NCBI GenBank assembly: GCA_965140415.1
Contig: OZ223209.1
Span: 5,408,001 to 5,472,000 of the forward strand
Direction of reading: 5' to 3'
DNA length: 64,000 bases
Origin: Myxococcota bacterium
GTDB taxonomy: Bacteria; Myxococcota_A; SURF-8
Part shown: in pieces, positions 53,698 to 64,000 of the stretch
Position numbering within the stretch: the first letter of the stretch is position 1
Layout of the letters: each line of letters starts with the position of its first letter
Position numbers and translations under genes: made by a program
The notes under the pieces: model-generated
What the model saw: only the letters and a program-made list of their open reading frames with translations
The model's database searches: none
Told to the model about the DNA's origin: nothing

Positions 53698-54345
53698 TTG
53701 ACAAGCAAATCCGACGGCAAAGGCTTTGCGGCTGCGAAACGCTGTGCTATGCTCCCTTGCGTTACGATCCCAGTACCATTGGATATGCACATGGCGACCT
53801 TGCCGGAAACTCTAACCGCTCGAAATTGGGCGAGTATTTTTGATGACCTTACGCGCGCGAGTGCGCTTGGAAAATCCTTGCCTGATTGGGAAGAAATGCT
53901 CGGTTCATCGTTGCGTGTTTTGCATGGTCATAACCAGCGTCTTTGGCGGTTGGAAGATGAGATTCGGCGCACCGGGATCGAAGCTGAAAACGTGGTGAAA
54001 CTCAAACGGGAAATCGACCGGGAAAACCAGTTGCGCAACGATGCCATGGAGCGCATCGATGAGATTCTGCTACAACAACTGGCACAAGCTGGAATCACTC
54101 AAAATGAGGAAGCACCCCCCTATTCCGAATCGCCTGGCTCCATTGCAGATCGGTTTTCTATCTTATCATTGCGTATTGCAGCGCTTTCTCGGAGCGACTT
54201 AAAAGACGATCACACACGTTTATCGGAAGCACTGGCGCAGCGACAAGACTTGATTGCGGCATTGGATCTACTGCTTGAAGATATCGCCTCTGGACGTCGC
54301 CGTTTCCGCATCGGGCGAAAATTGAAATTGTATCATGCAGGATAA
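53698..54345 (+). CDS. DUF4254-like protein (true start probably near 53785-53791)
   Basis: NQRLWRLEDEIRR..KREIDRENQLRNDAMERIDE..SESPGSIADRFSILSLRI. Confidence 0.75.
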   Translation: MTSKSDGKGFAAAKRCAMLPCVTIPVPLDMHMATLPETLTARNWASIFDDLTRASALGKSLPDWEEMLGSSLRVLHGHNQRLWRLEDEIRRTGIEAENVVKLKREIDRENQLRNDAMERIDEILLQQLAQAGITQNEEAPPYSESPGSIADRFSILSLRIAALSRSDLKDDHTRLSEALAQRQDLIAALDLLLEDIASGRRRFRIGRKLKLYHAG

Positions 54346-54376
54346 CTCTTGGTTGGAGACTTGTCTGCCATAATAA

Positions 54377-54406
54377 AACCGCCCCAATCAAACGATCGGG
54401 GCGGTT
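54377..54406. terminator. Hairpin between convergent genes
   Basis: AACCGCCCC-AATCAAACGATC-GGGGCGGTT, with a T-run on the minus strand. Confidence 0.6.
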
Positions 54407-54435
54407 CGTTAACGTAAGCAAAACGTTTGCATTCG

Positions 54436-55149
54436 TTACTCAGTCGGTTTCCAAACCTGCCAGACTTTGCCCGCCAGATCGGGACCGACTTTCAATGTTT
54501 CCTGACCCGGTTCCCAGCCAGCCGGACAAACTTCCGCGCCCTTGGTGGCACGAACATGTTGGAACGCCTGGAGTTGACGGATGGATTCCGTCACTTTGCG
54601 CCCCACCGGCGGGGTTAGAATCTCGATGGCTTGAATCACACCATCCGGGTCGATGATGAAGCGCCCGCGCACATCCACGCCACCAGCTTCATCGTACACT
54701 CCGTAAACCTGACCGATCTTTCCCCCGGCATCGGAAAGCATGGGGAAAGGAAATCCACCGTCAACCATTTTCGACAACTCTTCTTCCTGCCAGATCTTAT
54801 GCACGAAGCGGCTGTCCGTACTACAAGAAAGAACCTGTACGTCTAACTTCTTGAACTCCTCGGCCTTGCCGGCGACCGCCGACAGCTCCGTGGGTCAAAC
54901 GAATGTGAAATCACCCGGATAGAAACAGAGAAACACCCATTTTCCCCGGTAATCGGATAATTTGATGTTTTTGAATCCGCCTTCATGAAAAGCGGTTGCG
55001 CCGAAATCAGGCGCTTCCTTTCCCACCATTACGGGCATGGTCTTCTCCTTTACCGATTCTTGGTTTTGTTGCGTTGCCTCGTTGTCCTTTTTGGGGACGA
55101 TTGGTCCTTCGGCTGTGGCAACACAGCCTTGGGCTTTGTCATCCGGCAT
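54436..55149 (-). CDS. prxU: Selenocysteine-containing 2-Cys-type peroxiredoxin (AhpC/PrxU type)
   Basis: Two ORF-track pieces are one frame: [12 protein letters not shown](54895-54897)-PTELSAV places UGA at the peroxidatic Cys. The resolving VCPAGW is present. Confidence 0.93.
54867..54884 (-). promoter_or_regulatory. Putative bacterial SECIS hairpin
   Basis: mRNA UGUCGGC-GGUC-GCCGGCA; the G-starting apical loop begins 18 nt after the UGA. Confidence 0.75.
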
Positions 55150-55288
55150 CAGGCCTCCTTTCTTCCGATAGTTGACAGGGTCCAGGTTTCTGGTTCTATT
55201 GCGGCATCTCCTCCAGTGAAATGCCTTTGCGCCTTAATCAGAATTGATTTTGGTGCAATTGTCAATTCATAACAATTTATTGTCGCGT

Positions 55289-58004
<2,716 letters not shown>

Positions 58005-58016
58005 CAGCCCTCTTAT

Positions 58017-58031
58017 TAGTAATCATTACTA
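58017..58031. promoter_or_regulatory. Per/Fur-type 7-1-7 operator
   Basis: Perfect TAGTAAT-C-ATTACTA just upstream of the perR start. Confidence 0.8.
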
Positions 58032-58148
58032 GTTAGGAGCGTATATGTACTAGAGCATTTCTGTCAAGCTGATTATTCCCATTTTAATATCATCATATAA
58101 ATGACTTTTATCTTCATTGCTTTTTGAAATTTCGTGCAAAAACACAAA

Positions 58149-58177
58149 AAAACGGATGGGCAAAACCCATCCGTTTT
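58149..58177 (-). terminator. Intrinsic terminator of the ribosomal protein operon
   Basis: AAAACGGATGGG-CAAAA-CCCATCCGTTTT, with a U-run on the minus strand. Confidence 0.85.
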
Positions 58178-58201
58178 ATATGCTCGCTATTTAAGAAGAA
58201 T

Positions 58202-58588
58202 CTATTCTTCTTCGCTACCCGCGCCCTCGTTTTCGTATCCGAGGAATTCAATGAAAGACATCGGTGCGTTATCGCCAGGACGACGTCCTTCCTTGATGAT
58301 GCGGGTGTAACCGCCAGCGCGTTCCTTGAAGCGCGGAGCGTATTCGCCGAACAACTTCTGAACGGCTTCGTTGCCACGCACTTTCTTCGTCACCAAGCGG
58401 CGCGCATGAACCGTGTCTTTCTTGGCCATGGTGATCAAGCGTTCCACGTAAGGACGCAACACTTTCGCCTTGGTATCCGTGGTGCGAATCCGGCCATGTT
58501 CGATCAAAGCGCTCGCCAAGTTGCGCATGAGCGCCTTGCGGTGCGCGGAATTCCGTCCGAGTCTTTTACCAACCTTCTGATGTCGCAT
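58202..58588 (-). CDS. rplQ: 50S ribosomal protein L17
   Basis: [26 protein letters not shown]. Confidence 0.98.
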   Translation of the reverse strand: MRHQKVGKRLGRNSAHRKALMRNLASALIEHGRIRTTDTKAKVLRPYVERLITMAKKDTVHARRLVTKKVRGNEAVQKLFGEYAPRFKERAGGYTRIIKEGRRPGDNAPMSFIEFLGYENEGAGSEEE

Positions 58589-58628
58589 TGCTTGCGCCCT
58601 TTCTCTCTACACCCAAGCCGCGTTACGG

Positions 58629-59618
58629 CTATTGTTTGTCCTTCGGCGGCACGAAACCTTCCAGTTTCATCCCTAACGACAATCCCATCTCCGACAGGAT
58701 TTCTTTTATTTCGTTGAGCGACTTTCTACCGAAATTCTTGGTTTTCAGCATTTCGGCTTCGGTCTTCTGCACCAACTCATAGATAAAACGGATGTTCGCG
58801 TTTTGCAGACAGTTTGCACTGCGCACGGACAATTCCAGTTCATCCACCGAGCGGAGCAGGTTCTTGTTGAATTCTTCCTCACCGCTGACTTCCTCTGGAA
58901 TCTCGGCGTCGATACTTTCATCGAAATTGATGAAGATATTGAGCTGTTCCTTCAGAATTTTTGCGGCCAGCCCAAGCGCGTCGTCCGGACGCACAGAGCC
59001 GTTGGTGGTGATTTCCAGCGTCAGTTTATCGTAGTCGATCACCTGGCCCACACGCGAAGGAGTGACATAGTAGTTCACATCGCGCACCGGGGAGTAATTC
59101 GCATCGATCGGAATGGTGTTGACCGGAAGCTCCATCTCGCTGATGCTGCCGGCTGCCACGAATCCGCGTCCCATGGTAATGGTCAGTTCGATCACCAGAG
59201 AGCCATTCTCACCGATTGTGGCGATATGCTGATCCGGGTTCAGAACCGTTACCAGGTTGTGTTCAATGTCACCGGCCTTGAATTCGCAGGGGCCCTTCTT
59301 TTCGACGAGCACCACGACCTGTTCCGATTCCTCGGCCAGTTTCAAGTCGACCTGCTTCAGATTCAGAATAATCTGAGTGATATCTTCCACGACATCGGGA
59401 ACGGTTGCGAATTCATGCAGAACGCCATCGACTTTGATAGCAGAAATCGCAGCGCCCCTTAAGGACGAGATCAGAATTCGCCGAAGCGAGTTGCCAATCG
59501 TGGTTCCGTATCCGCGCATCATCGGTTCACAGAAGAATTTCCCCTTGCGATCCGTCAGCGACTCACGATCGAACTCAAGATGTTTCGGCTTGATCAGATC
59601 ATGCCAATTCTTATACAT
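58629..59618 (-). CDS. rpoA: RNA polymerase alpha subunit
   Basis: [14 protein letters not shown] and [18 protein letters not shown]. Confidence 0.98.
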   Translation of the reverse strand: MYKNWHDLIKPKHLEFDRESLTDRKGKFFCEPMMRGYGTTIGNSLRRILISSLRGAAISAIKVDGVLHEFATVPDVVEDITQIILNLKQVDLKLAEESEQVVVLVEKKGPCEFKAGDIEHNLVTVLNPDQHIATIGENGSLVIELTITMGRGFVAAGSISEMELPVNTIPIDANYSPVRDVNYYVTPSRVGQVIDYDKLTLEITTNGSVRPDDALGLAAKILKEQLNIFINFDESIDAEIPEEVSGEEEFNKNLLRSVDELELSVRSANCLQNANIRFIYELVQKTEAEMLKTKNFGRKSLNEIKEILSEMGLSLGMKLEGFVPPKDKQ

Positions 59619-59651
59619 GCTCCCTCCTTAAAGGACTCCTATAGGTTAACC

Positions 59652-60284
59652 CTACTTCGAGTAAAGCTCGACGATCAGCCGCTCGTTGATTTCGAGCTGA
59701 ATGTCCTCGCGGCTTGGAAGCTGCTTGATACGACCCTTGTACTCGTTCTTTTCAAGTTCGAGCCAAGCCGGGATCCCGCGGCGTTCGATCGTTTCAAGGT
59801 TCTGATTGATACGCTCAACCTTGCGGCTCTTCTCAATCAGGGTGATTTCGTCGTTTTCCCGCACCTGCATGGAGGGGATGTTCACTCGGCGACCGTTCAG
59901 CATGAAGTGACGGTGGCGCACCAACTGACGAGCTTCCTGACGCGAACTGGCGAAGCCGAGACGATACACGACGTTGTCCAGGCGCTGTTCGAGCAGGCGC
60001 AGCAGGTTTTCACCGGTGATGCCTTTTTTACGATCGGCAATGGCGAAATAATTGCGGAATTGTTTTTCCAGCACACCGTAAATACGACGCACCTTTTGTT
60101 TTTCGCGCAGCTGCAATCCGTATTCCGAGGTCTTATGGCGGCCAAAACCGTGCTCGCCCGGCGGATAGGGGCGGCGCTTCTGTTCCATGGCGCACTTCAT
60201 CGTGAAGCAACGCTCGCCCTTTAAAAACAGTTTCCCGCCTTCGCGACGGCACTGCCGACATTTAGATCCAATATACTTAGCCAA
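59652..60284 (-). CDS. rpsD: 30S ribosomal protein S4
   Basis: [31 protein letters not shown]. Confidence 0.98.
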   Translation of the reverse strand: MAKYIGSKCRQCRREGGKLFLKGERCFTMKCAMEQKRRPYPPGEHGFGRHKTSEYGLQLREKQKVRRIYGVLEKQFRNYFAIADRKKGITGENLLRLLEQRLDNVVYRLGFASSRQEARQLVRHRHFMLNGRRVNIPSMQVRENDEITLIEKSRKVERINQNLETIERRGIPAWLELEKNEYKGRIKQLPSREDIQLEINERLIVELYSK

Positions 60285-60313
60285 GGTTTCCTCCTAAGTG
60301 CTGATTTCAGCAA

Positions 60314-60706
60314 TTACACACGGCGACGCTTGGGCGGACGGCAACCGTTATGCGGCACCGCCGTGACGTCACGAATCAGGGTGACTTTCAAACCCACAGC
60401 GCTCAGCGCACGCAAAGCGGCTTCACGACCGCTACCCGGTCCGCGCACGTAAACGGCGACGTTCTGAAGGCCATGCTCCATCGCCTTCTTCGCCGCATCT
60501 TCCGATGCGCTCTGAGCGGCAAACGGCGTGCTCTTACGAGAGCCGCGAAAACCCAACGAACCAGCCGAAGACCAGGAAATCACATTCCCGGAAACGTCGG
60601 AGATCGTGATCAGCGTGTTGTTGAACGACGACGCGATATGCACAATCCCGGACTGGATATTTTTCTTTACTTTCTTGACACGCGCTTTACGCGATGACTT
60701 GGCCAT
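60314..60706 (-). CDS. rpsK: 30S ribosomal protein S11
   Basis: [27 protein letters not shown]. Confidence 0.98.
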   Translation of the reverse strand: MAKSSRKARVKKVKKNIQSGIVHIASSFNNTLITISDVSGNVISWSSAGSLGFRGSRKSTPFAAQSASEDAAKKAMEHGLQNVAVYVRGPGSGREAALRALSAVGLKVTLIRDVTAVPHNGCRPPKRRRV

Positions 60707-60736
60707 AATGCCTCCAAAAGACAGACGGTTGCGTGT

Positions 60737-61102
60737 TTATTTCTTGCGTCCCAGAATACGACGCGGTCCCTTATGGGTGCGCGCGTTGGTATGCGTGCGC
60801 TGACCGTGGCAGGGAAGTCCCCTACGATGCCGCAGTCCGCGGTAGCAGCCCAGATCCATCAGGCGCTTGATATTCATTTGTATTTCTCGGCGCAGATCAC
60901 CTTCCACCGTATATTCTTCATCGAGGATGCGGCGGATTTTTTGTACGTCTGCTTCAGTCAGATCGTCGGACTTCAGGTCCAACTCGATCTGGGCTTTGTT
61001 CAGAATCTCTTTCGCGCGCGACCGGCCAATGCCGTAAATGTAGGTCAACGCGATATCGACCCGCTTTCTTCTGGGCAAATCAACACCAGCAATACGTGCC
61101 AC
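60737..61102 (-). CDS. rpsM: 30S ribosomal protein S13
   Basis: [33 protein letters not shown] start. Confidence 0.98.
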   Translation of the reverse strand: MARIAGVDLPRRKRVDIALTYIYGIGRSRAKEILNKAQIELDLKSDDLTEADVQKIRRILDEEYTVEGDLRREIQMNIKRLMDLGCYRGLRHRRGLPCHGQRTHTNARTHKGPRRILGRKK

Positions 61103-61139
61103 TGTTCTCTCCTTCTTGCGGTTATTCCGCTAACGCGAA

Positions 61140-61253
61140 TTAACCTTGAACCTGCTTATGACGGGGATTCACGCAAATCACGCGAACCTTTCCGTTACGC
61201 TTGATAATCTTGCACTTATCACAAATTTTCTTAACAGATGCTCTGACTTTCAT
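61140..61253 (-). CDS. rpmJ: 50S ribosomal protein L36 (below the ORF-track size cutoff)
   Basis: Hand translation: [37 protein letters not shown]. Confidence 0.97.
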   Translation of the reverse strand: MKVRASVKKICDKCKIIKRNGKVRVICVNPRHKQVQG

Positions 61254-61292
61254 CGTTCCACTCCTGATATGGCCGTTTGCGGCTATTCCGCG

Positions 61293-62048
61293 TTAGGGCC
61301 TTGATTCCGTCAATATCCGGGGACCATCCTTTGTAATAGCGATGGTGTGCTCCCAATGGGCCGACATCTTTCGGTCCGCCGTGATGGCCGTCCAGCCATC
61401 TTCAAGCACGATCACGTCGTAGGTGCCTTCGTTGATCATCGGTTCGATCGCCAGCACCATACCTTCCTCGAAACGCTTTCCCCGTCCGGCTTTGCCGTAG
61501 TTGGGAATCTGCGGATCTTCATGCAGCGAGCGCCCGATTCCGTGTCCTACGAAATCCCGTACAACCGAAAACCCGTGCGCTTCTACATGCGACTGCACCG
61601 CGTGACCCAAGTCGCCCAGCCGGTTACCCGGCACCATCGTATCGATGGCCTTGTAAAGCGACTCGCGTGTAACCCGGTTGAGCGTTGCCGTCGTTTCGGA
61701 AACCGTTCCAACCGTATGACTGCGAGCGGCATCACCGAACCAGCCATCAATAATCACACCCAAGTCAATGCCGATCAGGTCGCCCTCTTTAAGCACCCGC
61801 TTTTTAGAAGGAATACCATGAACGACTTCTTCGTTGATCGAGGCGCAAAGCGTTCCCGGATATCCCCGGTAGCCTTTGAAGGCCGGAATCGCACCACGGC
61901 TGCGGATGAAACTTTCCGCTTCCTGGTCCAATTCCCAGGTACTGACACCCGGTTCGATCAACGCAGCCACGCGCTCGTGAACTGCCGCCGTAAGTTGTCC
62001 TGCTTCAAAGAGCCGTTCGATTTCATCTGAACTTTTCAGATGGATCAT
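61293..62048 (-). CDS. map: Type I methionine aminopeptidase
   Basis: SINEEVVHGIP, GHGIG..HEDP, AIEPM and SAHWEHT. Confidence 0.97.
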   Translation of the reverse strand: MIHLKSSDEIERLFEAGQLTAAVHERVAALIEPGVSTWELDQEAESFIRSRGAIPAFKGYRGYPGTLCASINEEVVHGIPSKKRVLKEGDLIGIDLGVIIDGWFGDAARSHTVGTVSETTATLNRVTRESLYKAIDTMVPGNRLGDLGHAVQSHVEAHGFSVVRDFVGHGIGRSLHEDPQIPNYGKAGRGKRFEEGMVLAIEPMINEGTYDVIVLEDGWTAITADRKMSAHWEHTIAITKDGPRILTESRP

Positions 62049-62057
62049 ATCAAAATC

Positions 62058-62702
62058 CTAGCCGCGCAGGGCGTTTGTCACCCGCTCGAACACTTCATCA
62101 AAACCGCCCAAGCCATCTACCTTGCGGGCCAGATTGCGCTCGGTGTAGTAATCCAACAATGGTTTGGTCTGCTTGTGGTATTCCTGCAAACGCACCGAGA
62201 TGGATTCCTCGTTGTCGTCGGAACGCTGGTAAACTTCACCACCGCACAGATCGCACACACCCTCTTTCGCGGGGGGCTTGAACATGACGTGGAATTCGGC
62301 ACCGCACTTCTTGCAGACGCGGCGACCGGTGAGGCGTTTCATCAGTTCCTCGTCGGGAACGATCAGCGCCAGCACGTGGTTCAACTTGCGACCCATTTCG
62401 TCCAACACCTTACCCAGAGCATCCGCCTGGGGAATGGTGCGCGGGAAGCCGTCTAGCAGAAAGCCTTTTTCGCAATCGGCTTGCTTCAGGCGATCCGCCA
62501 CGATGCCCACCACGATCTCATCGGGCACCAACTCACCTTTATCCATATACTCCTTGGCTTTTTTACCCATCTCCGTGCCTTCTTTTACAGCAGCGCGGAA
62601 GATGTCGCCAGTGGAGATCTGCGGCACATCGAAAGCCTTGATCACTCGCTTCGCTTGAGTTCCTTTACCCGCTCCTGGAGGTCCCAAAAATATCAGGTTC
62701 AT
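62058..62702 (-). CDS. adk: Adenylate kinase
   Basis: GPPGAGKGTQA, ISTGD, LDGFPRT and a Zn lid CKKC..CDLC. Confidence 0.98.
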   Translation of the reverse strand: MNLIFLGPPGAGKGTQAKRVIKAFDVPQISTGDIFRAAVKEGTEMGKKAKEYMDKGELVPDEIVVGIVADRLKQADCEKGFLLDGFPRTIPQADALGKVLDEMGRKLNHVLALIVPDEELMKRLTGRRVCKKCGAEFHVMFKPPAKEGVCDLCGGEVYQRSDDNEESISVRLQEYHKQTKPLLDYYTERNLARKVDGLGGFDEVFERVTNALRG

Positions 62703-62720
62703 TTCATTCCTCCTAAAGGT

Positions 62721-64000
62721 TTAGCGGCCAGTGCGACGCCCGCGAATACGGGGGCCCTTCGCGCCGGTCAGTCCATCATAGTGCCGCGTGATCAAATGCG
62801 ATTCGATCTGGTTGACGGTGTCCAGCGCGACGCCGACAACGATCAGTAACGCAGTACCACCAAAGTAAAACGGCACGTTCATTTTCTGCTGGAGAATCAT
62901 CGGCAATACGCAGATGATAGAGAGATAGATCGCACCAAGCACCGTAATACGTGTGAGTACAAAATCAATGAACTCGGCGGTTTTCTTGCCGGGACGAATC
63001 CCCGGAATGTAGCCACCGTATTTTTTCATGTTATCCGCCACGTCCATCGGATCGAACTGCACCGCCGTGTAGAAAAAGGCGAAGAAGATGATCATGACGA
63101 CGTACAGCGTGTTGTATACCCAGGAACCGGGGTTCATGGCATCGCTGAACACCTGCACCCAGGGATGATCGATAAAGTTGGCCATCGTCGCCGGGAACAT
63201 GATGATCGAGCTGGCGAAGATCGGCGGAATCACGCCGGAAGTGTTGACTTTCAACGGCAGATGCGTCGTTTGGCCACCGTACATTTTGCGTCCGACGACT
63301 CGCTTGGCGTATTGCACCGGAATGCGGCGCTGCCCTCGTTCCACGATCGTGATGACTCCAATGGTGAGAACCATCAGCACCAGGAATACAACCAGGGTCA
63401 GAGGTTTGATCTGATCACCGGAAATGTAATCGAAGGTCTGCTTGACCGCATTGGGCAGCCGGGCCACGATACCGGAGAAGATGATCAGGGAAATACCGTT
63501 GCCGATACCCTTTTCCGTGATCTGCTCACCCAGCCACATCAGGAAGGCCGTACCGGCAGTCAAGGAGATGACGGTCATCAGGCGGAAGCCCCAACCGGCC
63601 ATTTCGGGATCGACAACGACCTGCTCGCCGATTTTAATCGATTCGAGCCAGGCGGAAATACCGAAACTCTGCATGACGGAAAGGAAAATGGTTCCGTAGC
63701 GTGTGTATTGCGTAATCTTGCGCCGCCCGGCTTCGCCTTCCTTCTTCAACTGCGCCATGTACGGCCAAACAACCGTGAGCAGTTGCAAAATAATGGAAGA
63801 AGAAATGTAGGGCATGATACCCAGCGCGAAAACGGAGACCTGCTCCATCGCACCACCGGTAAACATGTTGAACAGACCGAACAAACCGCCGGCCTGACCC
63901 ATGAACTCCTGCATGACCTGGCGATTGACTCCCGGCGTGGTGATAAAGATCCCCAACCGGTAGACGGCCAACATCGACAGAGCGAACAGGAGCCGACGTT
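62721..64000 (-). CDS. secY: Preprotein translocase SecY (5' end outside the window)
   Basis: [31 protein letters not shown] and [12 protein letters not shown]; the frame stays open to the right edge. Confidence 0.98.
   Translation of the reverse strand, partial: RRLLFALSMLAVYRLGIFITTPGVNRQVMQEFMGQAGGLFGLFNMFTGGAMEQVSVFALGIMPYISSSIILQLLTVVWPYMAQLKKEGEAGRRKITQYTRYGTIFLSVMQSFGISAWLESIKIGEQVVVDPEMAGWGFRLMTVISLTAGTAFLMWLGEQITEKGIGNGISLIIFSGIVARLPNAVKQTFDYISGDQIKPLTLVVFLVLMVLTIGVITIVERGQRRIPVQYAKRVVGRKMYGGQTTHLPLKVNTSGVIPPIFASSIIMFPATMANFIDHPWVQVFSDAMNPGSWVYNTLYVVMIIFFAFFYTAVQFDPMDVADNMKKYGGYIPGIRPGKKTAEFIDFVLTRITVLGAIYLSIICVLPMILQQKMNVPFYFGGTALLIVVGVALDTVNQIESHLITRHYDGLTGAKGPRIRGRRTGR

Noticed and set aside
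61254-61292. infA absent between map and rpmJ
   Set aside because: The position of infA varies among bacteria, so this is not informative without the rest of the genome.

Overview
Bacterial chromosomal window, probably from a deltaproteobacterial/Myxococcota-like organism (inferred from DGD-rich lipoproteins, a MYXO-CTERM-like tail, sigma-54 signalling and a Sec-peroxiredoxin). (1) 1-8593: right end of an integrative element bounded by a 3' fragment of tRNA-Thr(CGT). It carries a tyrosine integrase, an AlpA/Xis-like gene, a P4/D5-type helicase with destroyed Walker motifs, a large Rep-like protein, a three-iteron origin-like region, and an AEP primase/4-Cys/DnaB-like helicase fusion that the ORF track missed because it runs off the left edge. 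(2) 8.6-41.9 kb: accessory region with Cys-rich DGD lipoproteins, IS5/IS3/IS200 elements and a large signalling cluster (LuxR-type sensor, two multi-PAS hybrid kinases, NtrC-type activator, sigma-54 promoter, cheW, MCP). It ends at a tRNA-Ser 3' fragment that is inverted relative to the intact tRNA-Ser about 870 bp away. (3) 43-54 kb: nitronate monooxygenase-like gene, orphan N6-adenine MTase, a lipoprotein with 15 LDL-receptor class A repeats, a gingipain-like C25 protease, an MNT-HEPN toxin-antitoxin pair and mobA. (4) 54.4-58 kb: perR-katG plus a selenocysteine peroxiredoxin. (5) 58.2-64 kb: secY-adk-map-rpmJ-rpsM-rpsK-rpsD-rpoA-rplQ. All family assignments come from reading motifs by eye; no database searches were run.
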